Below, one piece after another: positions 14,437 to 27,743 of a stretch of 64,000 nt of DNA. The notes below the pieces were generated by a model. The model was given only the letters and a program-made list of their open reading frames with translations. It was not told the origin of the DNA and searched no databases. Made by a program: the position numbers and the translations under genes. The first letter of the stretch is position 1; each line of letters starts with the position of its first letter. Source of the stretch: Phoronis australis (lineage: Eukaryota; Animalia; Phoronida). The stretch lies in contig NMRA01000032.1 in the NCBI GenBank assembly GCA_002633005.1, positions 910,911-974,910 of the forward strand. Direction: 5' to 3'.

Positions 14437-15882
14437 CCGTATTCGCCCTAATAACTGCCCAGGGCACTTAGAAAAATTCGTGTCAGGGGGCATGCTTATT
14501 GTAACCCAAGGCGGTTGAAACCCGGTCTCCGAAACGGGTGAAACCAGAAGCTAAGATTCATCCTTTTTACGGTCTGTGACGTATCTGCAACTTATGACAG
14601 ACTTTCTACAAAATTGTGGTGCATTGCTATCAAACTTTGCTGTTAAATTACCATCATTTTACAGAAAATTATGCTGAAATCCCAGGGCGAAAACTAACTG
14701 CCTCGCAATCGTCGATATGGTGACTTGAATGCTTGAATAAAAATACAGTTTCGTCTCGAGCAAATTACCTGAAATCCTTAACTTTTCCAAATAGCATCTC
14801 TAAGATTTTTAAGGTCCCGTGGAGCCGGGATTAAAGCCAGATTAAATACAAATCTGTGCTACATCGTGCCATCTATGTTCTGCAACACAAGAAAAATGTC
14901 TCGACGAACACACATGTTGCTGTCACGTGACATTTGTTTTGAAGTTCGTCTGCGAGCGTGTGTGTGTGTGTGTCACCAGAGTTCATTTGCCAGAGTAAAC
15001 GCAATCCAACGAACTAGATGTGCATTGTATCTAGAGCAGTAGGCCTAAAACAGAACGTGTTTCATTCAGCACTTGCGGGTCTCGTGTGCTAAAAACCTTC
15101 AGACATTTGTCTCAGTAAGACCCATATTAGTCGCCGCCGGTCTGGCTGGATGCGTACGTGACTGTCGGTGTAAGGGTGTGTAAGCATTCAGTAGTCATTT
15201 TATCGGATATTCGGCTTAAAAACACCCATTATGATTAATCAAAGAATCTCTCTTAAAAATAATGCAAACATTTTTTTTATAGTGTTAGAAACTGTCGGAA
15301 ATTAGTGCCAATATTCATTTCTTGCCGATGCTATGCTACCCATTTCATGAATGGATAGTTCCCGACTAATGTCTTTGATGACAGGTACATGTATGTAGCG
15401 CGTGCTTCCTGGCCACGTGCTTTTAACACTGGCCAAAATTTTTTTATTAGTCTTAGATTCACTGTTTTCATGTGTACAAAAAATTTTTTGGATTCCTGTT
15501 GAGGGCGGGAAATATCTACAATACAATCCCGTTGACAAGTACACTGCATCTGCTCTGAAAGGCCAGACCATATAGTGGGACACATTCCTTGCAAGATCAG
15601 CAAAACTTATGTGTTCGTTTTGAGGCACGGCGGAAGTTTGAAGTGTATAGTCACGGTTAAATACCGACATAGCGGCGAGGCTCATGGTCTACAAATTCTG
15701 CGCACAATGATTTTTTCAGGACTGTCGGATATTATTGATATATTGAAGACGTTACTGTAGAATTTAAGGACTGTAGGTAAGGCATTTTTCGCACGTTCAT
15801 GGGCTGGGCGCTTACGTTAGCAAAGTCTGAAAACGCGTGGGGGGCGCTTATAGGGGCATGGGCAGTTATTAGGGGAAATAGG
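14437..15882. mobile_element. ~1.45-kb non-autonomous Tc1/mariner(pogo)-like element in Rab11 intron 3
   Basis: Inverted termini CCGTATTCGCCCTAATAACTGCCCA and TGGGCAGTTATTAGGGGAAATAGG, with subterminal GGGCGCTTA repeats. No recognisable transposase ORF. Confidence 0.65.
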
Positions 15883-15948
15883 CTACTGGTTCTTACCAGC
15901 ATTTGTGAAGACCATGCTCTGTAGAGTAACTTGTATTCTTTGTTGCAG

Positions 15949-16029
15949 AAAAGAATATGTTGTCTTTCATCGAGACGTCGGCTTTAGATTCTACAAATGT
16001 TGAACAAGCATTCACTAATATATTAACAG
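15949..16029 (+). CDS. RAB11: Rab11 coding exon 4
   Basis: TTGCAG acceptor, GTAAGA donor. 81 nt; encodes [27 protein letters not shown] (ETSAL G5 motif). Confidence 0.97.
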
Positions 16030-16771
16030 GTAAGAAAGGGGCCACTGGAAATGTGACTGCAAACTGGTGTAGAAAGAAAATATTCTAGTCTTGACAGGAA
16101 CATGCATTTGAGGATTGTTTCAGGTTTCAATGCCTGGTGAAATGTCAGAGTTGACCTGTGATATTTGTATGTGAATTAAGGTTATGTGTGAAGCCCCTAG
16201 ATATTTGTTTAAATTTGGCCCTCTTCAGAACAGCGAAACTCAGAAACGGCTCATCAGATCAAAATTTAAAGCCAAATTCTACGGTCGTTCTACTTTCAGA
16301 AAATATATACTATAACTGAGTTAGAATCTAAAGCTTTGTAAGTGTGTATTAAATACTGAAGCTTGTCAATAAGGTCCTAAATAAACTCTCGTCCACCACG
16401 GGCTTACAAGAAGTGGTTCTATCAAGCTGGGAACATTTTTGTATTTCGTGTTTGTTTTGTCGGGAGAATTTTAATTTTGAAATGGACATGTGAACGGTTT
16501 TTGTTTTTCACTACCGTGCCATTTCCAGTAGAGAGCTAGTATGGGATATTGTCATCTTGATATGGTTTCCAGTTTATTTTGTGTTCAGATTTTTGTGTCA
16601 CTTAATAGTTTTTTTTGTACATGCAAAATGTTCACAAAACGCCTTATAAAAGAATGTGTTCGTACAGAAGCCACAACTCTATTCGACTTGGTCCATTTGC
16701 CTAGGAATTTATGTCTTTCTGTATTGTGAAACACAATGCATTTGCAATAAAGCAGAGGTTTGATGTTTCAG

Positions 16772-16908
16772 AAATTTACAAGATAGTGTCGCAAAAACAG
16801 ATAACAGATGGCCGGGATGAGGGTTCCATTCCCGACGGTGATGTAGTGCCCATCAAAGTCAAGCCCACGGACACATCAGGGAACCGAGGTGGCAAGAACT
16901 GTTGTTAA
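16772..16908 (+). CDS. RAB11: Rab11 coding exon 5 (hypervariable tail and CC prenylation motif)
   Basis: TTTCAG acceptor; encodes EIYKIVSQKQITDGRDEGSIPDGDVVPIKVKPTDTSGNRGGKNCC-stop. The five exons total 648 nt (215 aa plus stop) with consistent phases. Confidence 0.96.
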
Positions 16909-19900
16909 TGTCTGTGCTGGCCGAGCTCTGTTGTAGACATCTGATCCATTAGCGGCGCACGGATGTGTGTGTGTGTCACGGGAACTCACATCGTGTAAAA
17001 ATGTATAGTCGTGCATCCGCTGGCCGCACGCTGCGGCCATGTGCTATATTTGAGCGGTCGGAAATTATTTCTGGGAATGTCGGCGCGAAGGCGACGCGAT
17101 GTGTATGATATTCACCTGGACGTGTTATTGTAAATTTGTAAAGAAATTCTGTTCATCGTATTTGTTGCTCATCTGACGTGTCTGTCGGCTGATATTTTTG
17201 TATGCAGTCTTGTTTTTAAGGTGGCACGCTGTTTTTCTGTGAGCTTGAACTTGGTCTTATTATGTGTATTTCATTGTGAGTGCTTTCAAGACTGTCTTTG
17301 GTATTGATAGGGTAGGAGGTGTTGGCTGTAGATAAGAAATGGGAAAGGATTATCACGGAGTTCTTTAAGAGTTTTGAAAGCTATGTAACATTGGTCACAG
17401 TCTGTACTAACTCTTGAGGACCCTAAGCTAAATTTAACTCGAGTGCCCCTTCACTACAGACTATTCATCTCGTAATATCAGTGTGTGGGCCGGCCCTGTT
17501 GTAGGTCTTTCTTGTATGAGGCTAGTCACTCATGTCTGCCTTGGTTCGTCTCACTGTGTGCAACTCGCTAAGTTATCTTGCAGGCACTTTGAATGGGGTT
17601 TTGTTCACATCTAAGGATAGCTGTATTATAATGCAGAACAAAAGTGGACATTGTACAGATGTGTGCTTGCCACATCATCGATAATTATGTTATCAAGTGA
17701 AATTCATTTCTGTTTTGTCTGTGCTTCCTTGCTTTGTATTTATAGCAATGCCTTGCACAGGCTGGTTTTTCCAACCGAGGATGGTCACTTTCAACCAAGG
17801 TGTTTGCTATTCCACTTGACCAGATCTTCGTGGTTGAACTGTTTCGTAATTCCGATATGTAAGACATGTTTCGAGAACCATGTAATCTGTACTATACCTC
17901 TGTGTAAATGTCGGTTAGCTCGAAGCCATTAGTTTGCCTCTAACTGCATGACTTAATTATACTTTGCTCTTTCGTTTAGCACTTCGCATCTTCAAATTTA
18001 TTAAGCTCCATGTCATGATGGCTGCTCCTGGCTTGCTGGTGATAAGTGTATATTATGTATTAATATATATTACTGCTATCATCAGAAAGTTTTTTTTTTG
18101 TTCCCTGGTATCATGGAAGCATGATTTCCAGTCTCGTTGAATTGAAAATGGGAAATTGCAGTTATGGGAATGTTGGAACATTGGTTGCTGCGGAAATTTT
18201 TTTATTTTATTGTGATTAATTGGGAATCTTTTTCAATCAGTGCTGTTATCCGAGTCTATGCCCTCTAAGCCCACCAGTGCCATAAATTGCCAAATTTAGT
18301 GAACTGTTGTGCTTGTTGGCTGGCTTTTGTCTACGTCTCTGTGAGAATCACCTATTAATTAAAACTGCTGTGAATAACACCCCCACGCAATATTCTACTC
18401 AGAACCCTATTCAATACAAGAGTTAGTCGGCTTTTTTGTTTGTGGTGGGGTCTCGCAGTAAGGCACAAAAAAGCGAGTTCGCCCATCATTTTATGGGCCT
18501 TTATTTGAGTAATTAAAGCTTGGGGTTTTCTAAGATTGCTTGGCCTTTGCTTGGACTATCTGGTTAGCCCAACACATCTAAAATAAAGTTCTGTTGAAGT
18601 TAGGCTTTAAACCTGGAAACTCGAAAGTTAGGAGGGGTGCGTTAAGCAGAACATATTGTGGTGTGTGTTCAACTGATTATGGGCGTTGGGTAAAACGAGT
18701 ACGGTAATTTGGTAATTCAGTTCCAAAAATACAATCTATGTTGCTGTAACCAATTATGCACTTATCAGATATTTAAAAAAGGCAACATTTTATTGTTCAG
18801 ATATCGTTTGGAACCATCCAAGCAAATGATGGCGTGATTGACCAGTCCGGACATGGTCATATGTAGTGGACTGGTGTTTCTGGTGGGCCTTCTGTTATCA
18901 ATCGTCGAATGTGATACCATGTGGAGACCCTCTAGCCGAGGGTATGTATACAAAATTGATAGTTATTGGAAACCATGTATTTCACTCAATATATCAAAAA
19001 AGGAAACTGAAGTACAATAATTTGTTTAAAAGTACAAGTGACCTTCCAAGTACTCAGAATAAGTTTGGTGTAGTGAATATCAAAAGTTTCAATATCGTAC
19101 CTCGTAGCAGATGACAGTTGATTGAAATTCTATCGCACAATTCTCTTACAAGTAATATACAAGAAATAATTGTAACTATCACATTTACTTGAAATTAAAA
19201 TCCCTTTTCAAGTTCGAAAAATATTTTCAGTGCAAATAATTTCCCTGGTCCTTCGTAACCATGCACGCAATGATAGATTAGTAGGGTAAAAGACCTCATC
19301 TCACTGCCATGGAGCAAAACTAGTGACTGACTTGCTATTAAACATGGTCTGTGTTGATCGTTCTGTTTGCTCAATGGAAGTTAATGCAGACATGAGATGC
19401 AACCGTTATGCTGGGCCATTAACGGCAATTTTTTGTTGCATGTACAGATACAGGGCACGAGGGTAATGGTGGCATGATAAAAACTTCCTCCAATATGACC
19501 GAGGATTTTTATTTTGAGCAAAGGAAACGCTGAGAACGGTTGTGTTCCCCTTTAAAGCGGTCATGCCTTATGAAAGCCATGAATTTTGTAAGCTAGCTGT
19601 ACTCAGAAATATCAAAGCACATGAATTGTAATTTCCATACTTTGCAACGTGGATTATCATCTGCATATTCTAAACAGCTGTATGTACATGCCAGCATGAC
19701 ACAAAAGTTGTTTATTAAAAACTGCATGAAAAATATACATTACAGAAGTAAAAATTCCACTAAAACCTTGGAACCATCACACTACAGTATGATAAAATGT
19801 ATTTCAAAAATAAATACGTGTTCTAAGAAAGAGGTGTTCAAATCACAACTCAGTGGCTGGAATGCATCTAATTTTTAAGAAAAATAACGTGTGCAACCTC

Positions 19901-22595
19901 AGATGATAGATATGTAAACAGTATAAAAACTATCAAACTTTTTATGAAATAACATTCTAATAGGGACACGGCAAAAACTCACCATATGAAGAAATAACAC
20001 TCCGATAACTATGCAAGAAATTTGCCATGAAATAATGCCCAACAATCACTTGGTTAAATATTAAGATTTAAAGACACTCCGTTTCAAATAAAACTCCATC
20101 AAAACAATTTGGCCATAAACCAACCTAGTTTTACTTCTGTGGTGGAGCATCAACAAAATGGCCACCACAGTTGAACAACTTTTTTAAATTGTCAGTAAAA
20201 ACAATGATTTTTGTATTTTAGTGATTCGTTAAGATTGATGACACTGCATAAAATAAAGAGTGTCTGGTTAACAACACAAAAGTAAGGTGACAATAGCAAA
20301 TATTTTAGCAAATAACGTGAAATGGAACAATCAATCATTAAAATGCTAAAATTTGTACATGATTAATACATCAAACATTACAAGTTCTTTGTTTAGGATG
20401 GTCCCTACTGAACTAGTTGAAATACGAATTACTGAAGCTTCATTATTCATCTCGGCCACAAGTAACTATGAGTTCCACATTCTTTTTGACATACGCAATT
20501 TAAAGACTCGGTGAACCTGCTGTTGTAAAAAAACTAACTTGATTTAAATCACATGCTGTCATGAAAAGTTATTTTACTGAAATTTAAATAAGTAAAAAAT
20601 TTCGTCTTGCACTCTCAGTTCTCACTTTGCCACGAATGAATTTTTGCAATGAAATTATTAGTACAACACAGTTCAGCGATGTATAAGAAGTATTCCAGTA
20701 CTAGCAATCGGCTCAGTGTGTACTTTAAAGTTGTGATATAAATTATTAAATTATGTTGCAGAAGAAGTAGTGTGAAGCACTAGACCAAATTTTAGATTTA
20801 ATCCTCGTCATTTTTCATGAAGCGGACCAACACCCTTCTTTTGCAGCTCAGCGAATTGGAAGCTTGGAGAGAACTGCTAGTTCATAATAATGCTAGAAGA
20901 CATGCATTACTGATATCTCATTTTGTTTCAACACCAGATTAGAGCAGTTTCCAAATCCAGATATCAATCTAGTCTATTGTTAAGAGTTCATTTTTTGTCC
21001 CGCGTCACGAATCACAAATTATTATCTACCCCCATGAATACATTAAAGGTGAACATATCTGTCCCGATTTAAATACTGGTAAACAAACTGAATCTGAACA
21101 TAATTGTCTAATTTTTATCGCATTTCTTCGGAGAAAATTCATCCTTGTTTAATTTTTCAGAAATAATTCAATTTCAGGAGCCAAACAGATAAGAAATCAC
21201 CAATTTCATTATTATTATTGCAATTTATTTCAGCCAGTTTTATTGCTGCAAAGTCATTGCTACTGTAGAAATTGCTGTTTCAGTAATAGCTCTGCTCCAC
21301 ACAGAATTGTTTACCCCCTGATTCTTGTACAAATCTGTTGATGGAGTTCCAGGTGCCATAAAATGGACATTTTTTATGCTCAGCAGATAAAATGACGCAC
21401 CTGGACAAGGCAACTTATTGAGTATGAAACTGTCAGTTCTTCCTACGCACAGAAATCACTTCGGAATACGCGTAAGGAACAATTTGAAACGAATTTCATA
21501 ACTCACAGTGATCTAAACTGGGATTTAGTTTTTTTTTTTACTACAAGCAGTTCATTGCAGTTCTCATGTACAAAACAACAGCACAAATACAGTTTTTTTA
21601 AATATCATATCTCTGTCAGCAGAAGATTCGTAGCCAAACACAACCTGATAGCAGTTAACTTTATACACTCTCAGATGAGCTGGAAAAATAGCACAATTCT
21701 GTGTAAGATGCAGTAAAATATTTTATATCAAACATTGATAAAAAATTTCTCAATTCATCAACGACTGTTAACACGCAATAAGTCAACGCTCATGGGAAAT
21801 CAACTGCTTAGCAACATGAACAATATGAAAATAACACATGGTGTGAATAATTATGCCATTTACTCTTGTCATACAGCGAAAAACATACGCTATCTTTGAA
21901 AACCAATGTTTTGATTTTAATATGTTTTGAGGTAGAACACTGCCAGGTTCTCTAATACAGCGAGTTAGCAATCCTATTTCACGATAACACCATGGATCAA
22001 ATGGAATTCATTGATTGCATCCTCATGAAATTCATCTATTCAAGTTTGGAGTTTGTTATTTCATATTGACCCCAAAAGTGACACCCGATACTTTAAAGAA
22101 AGGTTCACTTAAGGTAACAGAACACATTGTTCTTAACTAACTGTTTAAGTATAAATTTTCAACAAAAACAATGCCGAGATTATGGTGATCTCCACGAAAA
22201 ATCCCAATTTTTAGACGCAAATGAAGTCACATGATTATAAATTAGCAGAGCATTGTTTACCAACACAGTAGGTTTGTTTGTCAAGTTTAATCGAACGTGA
22301 TGTTGGAAATTTGTTTGTTTTAACAGTTCAGGGGAATGATAAGTAACGAGACATAAAGAAATGAATGACTCCACAGCAGCTGTTGAGTTGACAGACAAGT
22401 GCTGTGCTACAATCATACTGCTACAGTGCAACTGATTGAAGAAATTGGTTTTTGGGTAGATAGGTCACTTTGTCTTTGATAAATTTGTTGGGAAACAACC
22501 AGACACCATCTGCACCATCTCTGAATCCAACAGAATTAAACATTTGACACACACGTACAAAAATCCAAAAACCTGTTAGTCTCAGTGTACATAGA

Positions 22596-22644
22596 TTACC
22601 TGTTAGCTTCAATGTTCAACTTTGTTAATGCTCTTTTATGCATT
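22596..22644 (-). CDS. Uncharacterised acylated coiled-coil protein, probable terminal coding exon
   Basis: Strong acceptor TTTTTCCGTTCTTCAG; the phase 2 start fits the donor at 23106. Encodes (V)MHKRALTKLNIEANR-stop. Confidence 0.6.
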
Positions 22645-23106
22645 CTGAAGAACGGAAAAACAACAAAAGTTTTCACAATAATTATCACGCACTCATGACA
22701 CTAAGGTATTTTGTTTTGTATAGAGAGACTATAGTCTGTATCTCTGAAAGTCATGATTGTATTTGGCCTCAAAGTCATATTCTTTAAATTAAAAAATTAC
22801 ATTTTTGTTACTGTGTCAAATATCATCAAATAGATTGTTTACCACAACTAAAATCTTAATTCTTAATTTTCCGATTTCCCGACAATGTATGTTCAGCGAC
22901 TAACTAATAAGATTAAAAAAGCAAGTCATTTTTATACAGAATAAAGTCTCTTTGGTAATGGGTCCACAAGCACATAAATAGACCGAGTAAATTTCTGCTG
23001 TGGACTTTTAATCCGTCTGACATGCATCTTCTCAACGAATGTTTCACAAATCCTGTCCTCACAAATGGATAACAGTTTTCTGGAAATCACATACACCAGC
23101 ACTTAC

Positions 23107-23332
23107 ACCGAGAAATTCATTACAGCTTTCATCACATTGATGTATTTCCTGTTTGATTTAGCGGCCGCCTGCTCTTCAATTTCTTCGCGTGCCATCTGCC
23201 GCTTGCGCCGACTTCGTCGCGCTCTCAGTTTCTCCTGCAGCCCTTGGTCCATGCGAGCCTTGTTCACTTCCTGTGCACGTTTAATTTCCTCCAAGTCTTG
23301 TTCATGCTGTTGCTTGATACTATTAATATCAC
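23107..23332 (-). CDS. Uncharacterised acylated coiled-coil protein, C-terminal coiled-coil/basic exon
   Basis: GTTCCAG acceptor, phase 1. Encodes GDINSIKQQHEQDLEEIKRAQEVNKARMDQGLQEKLRARRSRRKRQ...NFS. The GTAAGT donor overlaps an in-frame TAA. Confidence 0.85.
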
Positions 23333-24177
23333 CTGGAACCACAAAAAAAGGATGGCAATGAATGAACACCTTACAGACACTCCTATGCCAAAATGACGGT
23401 TGGATTACAGGCATCTTATACTCAGATACATTACAGTTATGCTCAATTCTAGTGCTAAAATATTCAACCAGGTGAAAACTGCCTGCTTGCCTGCTTTCCA
23501 TCAGATGCTGGGTGGTTGAAAAGAAGTTGTACAGCAGTTGAAATTAGTTGTTAGAATCTTTCCAGTTTCATACTGGTTGAAACTTTGTCTTGTTATACAG
23601 CAGTTAAAATTTGATCTTGGAAAATGTTTAAAATGTGCTACAGTATTCGACTGAAATTTGGTTTGGAATTTTTCAATTGTATAAGGTTGAAACATTGCTT
23701 TGGAAATTTGTCAGTGGTGCAACCATTGAAAGTTGTACTTCTAGTTGACATACAAGTGTTTTGTAACAGAAAAAGGATGGTATACAAAACAACTGGATAA
23801 TCAATGAAATCATCTCAGGCTCAACTATTCATGGATCCACAGGGGGTAATAAAGCAATTATCTTCCCAGCCAGGACCATAAACCCTAAGTTAAGCTGTGT
23901 TTAGTTACACAGTCCAACTGGGACAGTTGTATACTAAGAGTAGGATTCACACAGAACTGGTTTCACTGACCTTGCATGTCAATTTCAAAAGGCCTATTGT
24001 GTTTGAGTGACACCTATGATTTACAACCGTCCGTTAGAAAAATTCTAAACAAATATGCAGACTAGTTACCTCCTTCAAACCCAAAATGAAAACACTAATA
24101 ACAGTTTTAAGAGTGTCTTGTGCTCATCTGTGAAGCAGACAGAATTAAAAATTACAACATGCAGAAATAGTCCTTAC

Positions 24178-24310
24178 CAAAGAGGTCCTCTGATGATGGT
24201 GGTGGTGCCAACTCGTTCAAAGGCAATGGAGTTGGGGCACTCGTTTGATCCTCCGCACTGGGCAAATCACTGTCACAAGTTTTCATTTCTCCAGTTTCTG
24301 GGTCATTGCA
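24178..24310 (-). CDS. Uncharacterised acylated coiled-coil protein exon
   Basis: TTCTTGACAG acceptor, GTAAGG donor. 133 nt, phase 0 to 1. Encodes CNDPETGEMKT...PTPLPLNELAPPPSSEDLFG. Confidence 0.82.
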
Positions 24311-25232
24311 CTGTCAAGAAAGATTCCAAACATTGTAACTTATACCTAGTTTCAATTGGCCTTCTGCCACAAATCAGTGAGCTCTTGCATCCCAAAATAT
24401 AGACTATTAGATTCACACTCTGCACTAGAGTTAGCTTTCATTTTGCTAGTGCTGAACACCAATGGGAAACCTGATGTTCTCAGCACCTCAATGGAGACAG
24501 GCTGGGTAATCACTGAATGGCAGCTTAAGAATGGCAGCCTCCTTGAATGGCACATAGAAAGATCTATAGACAGTGTTGGCAACCTGATGGTTGGACTTGA
24601 TTATTGCAATATGAGGAAAAACTCAATAAAGACAGTAGACATTGGAAAGTACAAAAAAGTCGAGTAAGAATGCGAAATTTTGAGTTCAGACTCAAACTTT
24701 TAGCCTCAACGATGACGACATTAAGTGCAAACCAGGATTGGACAGTTATAAATCAAAATCATTTTGTACTTGACCATAGAATAACGGACACTCATCTGGA
24801 GATCACACAAAAGTAGAATAGGAAATAATCTTGAATTCGATCATTAGTTGAAATATTAGACCCCAGGCACTGGCGACATCACAAATGACTTTTGAACATT
24901 AAATGGGATTTTAAAACCTGTTTCGCGTGTATGTGTATGGTTGCTTTCAGCCACTGAGTGACCCCAGTATCATAATGCTACACATGTCTGACATATCTGA
25001 TCATCTAAAGAAGGGTGATATGCTCTGGGATATTTAGCAGTTCAAAGACATAGCGACAAAAACTCAACATGCCAACCCAGAGAAGATTCTCCCATAGAAG
25101 GGATAGGTAGTATAGAGAGGACTTGTGGCCACAGGAAGGTTCACATTTTCCCAGTTGCCGATGTATTGTGTTGGTCTTAACTTGTGGGGTGATAGCATGT
25201 ACCCAAAACATGGAAGAGCACAGTATACTTAC

Positions 25233-25336
25233 AGCTGTATCAGTAGGCAGTCCATCATCAGAGCTCAGTGACACTGTGTCCGCCTCTTGGAGTTCGTTAC
25301 TTTGCAGTTCAGCTTCAGTGTCATCCTCTTCTTCAT
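25233..25336 (-). CDS. Uncharacterised acylated coiled-coil protein, acidic exon
   Basis: TGTTGTAG acceptor, GTAAGT donor. 104 nt, phase 1 to 0. Encodes DEEEDDTEAELQSNELQEADTVSLSSDDGLPTDTA. Confidence 0.82.
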
Positions 25337-25851
25337 CTACAACAGCACATAATAATAATAATAACATGATGAATGTAAATGCCCATTTCACTGTGACTGG
25401 ATGTGGCCGAATAAGAACAGATAAAGGAAATATCAAAATCACTTGTCAGTGAACTAGATATTTCTCAATTACGGACATCAAAAGAAAACTTCGTAAACTA
25501 CAGCTTGAGAGAACTTACACACTGGTTCTGGCCTTTAATTTTCTCTACTAGAGACATTTAATTTCTACGACTTGCATACATCAGACACACACATTTCCAT
25601 ACCACACCAAACACATTTACTGCACTTGATTACCTTCGCTGATTCTCATTTGCTGTTGGGTCAATTGGCTCAGATATCTGATTGGTTCTCAATGACAATT
25701 TCCAACTTACAGACCAATCAGATGTCATAGCCAGTCAATCAAATGTAGCTATAAACAATGTCATTTCAAGGAGTCAACAAAACTAGGGGTGTAGACAAGA
25801 CAATTAACACACATTCTTACACAACTTCACATTTACAGAAATATTGTTTAC

Positions 25852-25869
25852 CGATAATGTTGGTTTCAT
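25852..25869 (-). CDS. Candidate 18-nt microexon (phase 1-1)
   Basis: TTTTTCAG ATGAAACCAACATTATCG GTAAAC; frame-preserving (DETNII) and matches the phase of its host intron. Confidence 0.5.
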
Positions 25870-26355
25870 CTGAAAAATTATAGTTGCTCATTACCCACTC
25901 ATCGATTATGCTTTACAATATTCTAATGGAAATGGGCAACACTAAGATCTAGTAAAAATTTTTTAGGCTAATTAGTATCATTTTTATTTACATCTTTAAA
26001 ATCTTTAAAAGAACAAAAATGATTATCGCTAGTGGATGGACAGGCTTGTGAATGTGTCGGTAGAACCCATGGTTATATCATTCAAGTGCCAAAACTGACC
26101 ACAAGAATTTCTCCACTCACATAATTTAATTCTACATCAGTTAGTTGCTTTTTGTCTGGCAAATTTTCGTTACCGACAGTATAAATATGATTTCATACTC
26201 CTTGAACAATAACCAAAAACAACAATAGTGTACATCTTCCAAATTAGACAAATATTTTACACCAATAACATTAGTCTTTTGTTTGTTTTAACAAGCAGCT
26301 CTACATTTCAGAAATCTTCATTGATCATTATTTTTTGTGGATTTATAAAACTAAC

Positions 26356-26509
26356 CTGACTCTTCATCTCCTGGTGCCTCAAAGTCACCATGTTGTTGTG
26401 CAATCTTGGCCTTAAGGAGGCGCAACCGCTCCTTCTTCAATTCCTTCTCCTTTTGGCGGACATTTTGTTTAGCTTTCTCCAAGTCTTTGACAATTGTGTT
26501 AGTTATGAC
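26356..26509 (-). CDS. Uncharacterised acylated coiled-coil protein exon
   Basis: CTTATAG acceptor, GTTAGT donor. 154 nt, phase 0 to 1. Encodes VITNTIVKDLEKAKQNVRQKEKELKKERLRLLKAKIAQQHGDFEAPGDEES. Confidence 0.88.
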
Positions 26510-27484
26510 CTATAAGAAGTAAAGTAAATGAAAGAAAAAATCCCTACAGAAATGTTGGATGGGTCTTCGAGCAAATGATTCAGGTAAGTTTACTAGTATT
26601 ATAACGATAGTAGTCTCATTGTTGGATATTATTCAAAGTTTAATATATGCGCATATGACTGTCTGCTCCAAACATTGGGACCAGTGCAGATATTTTTAAA
26701 AGCCAGCCCATCATAAAACAAAAGTAGAGGCATAAAATAATTCAAAGACAGTTATTACACAAATGTTATTTTAGCTAACGAGTCCACTTAGTGTGCAGAC
26801 CCTTTTAAACAGTTTTCCGACGAACAAACGTAAAGGGTTAGTTTTAAAGTTAAAGTGAACAGGATTTTGATTTATGAAAAAGAGACTTGGGACTGAAGTC
26901 AGAAATTAGGTCAATAGGCTCCACACAACTGTTTCTGAAAACAATTAAATATCACATAACAGTAGTCGATGAGATAATTTATAATTATTGCTAGCCCGTT
27001 ATGTGCTCAAAATTACTTGGCTACACGTATACAGCAATTGTGAAGAGGGCGCATGAGACCAAATCTCTGTCTTAAATCTTAAGGTCACTTTCATGAAACA
27101 GAGCCCTAGTTACCTTAACTTGCAATTTGCTTCATTTATAATACATGATGAACACCTGGGTGATCTCCCCAAACACGAAAATATGCTATATACACCTGTA
27201 TACTCTACAGCTAAGTCTTGTTCAACTATAAAATCATAAAATTCATTCTGAAAAGCACTGACATTTTTTTGCCAAATTACACAGATTTTATTTGCCTGTT
27301 CCCAATAGTTTGGATTTTTTCAGACTAGCAAATAAAGCCTTATATAAATAGGTGAAAAACTACTAACGGCACTTTCTAGAAAGAGTTTTAATAGCAGCAT
27401 ACTTTTGCACTGAAAGCAAGTTATCGATAATGTGCTATTTACTACAAAATTCATGTACGATAACAACACACTGTGATAACTTAC

Positions 27485-27743
27485 GTGATCAAACCATTGC
27501 ACCAATGCAAATGTTCGCCTGTATGTAACAGAGTAACACTCCAGTGCATGCTTGAACCTGTCTGCAGATGTCATGTCCACATAGATATGGTTAATGGCCT
27601 TGTTCAGTGTCTTCACCTCCTCAAGCTTACAATACGGGAACTGAACGGGGTTGAGGTATCGCTGAGCACTGACAATGTTTTGCGATGCTGCGATTAAGTT
27701 GTTGCGAGCTTCTGTAGCCAGACGGTAGCGCTCCCTAGTATTG
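27485..27743 (-). CDS. Uncharacterised acylated coiled-coil protein, helical core exon
   Basis: TTGACAG acceptor, GTAAGT donor. 259 nt, phase 2 to 0. Encodes NTRERYRLATEARNNLIAASQNIVSAQRYLNPVQFPYCKLEEV...LVQWFDH. Confidence 0.9.

Noticed and set aside
24346-24600. Possible extra exon or overlapping ORFs
   Set aside because: In-frame stop after the candidate acceptor; the flanking exons already join in phase.
25633-25750. Possible extra exon ending at a GTAATC donor
   Set aside because: The candidate acceptors give a stop codon in the phase required by the host intron.
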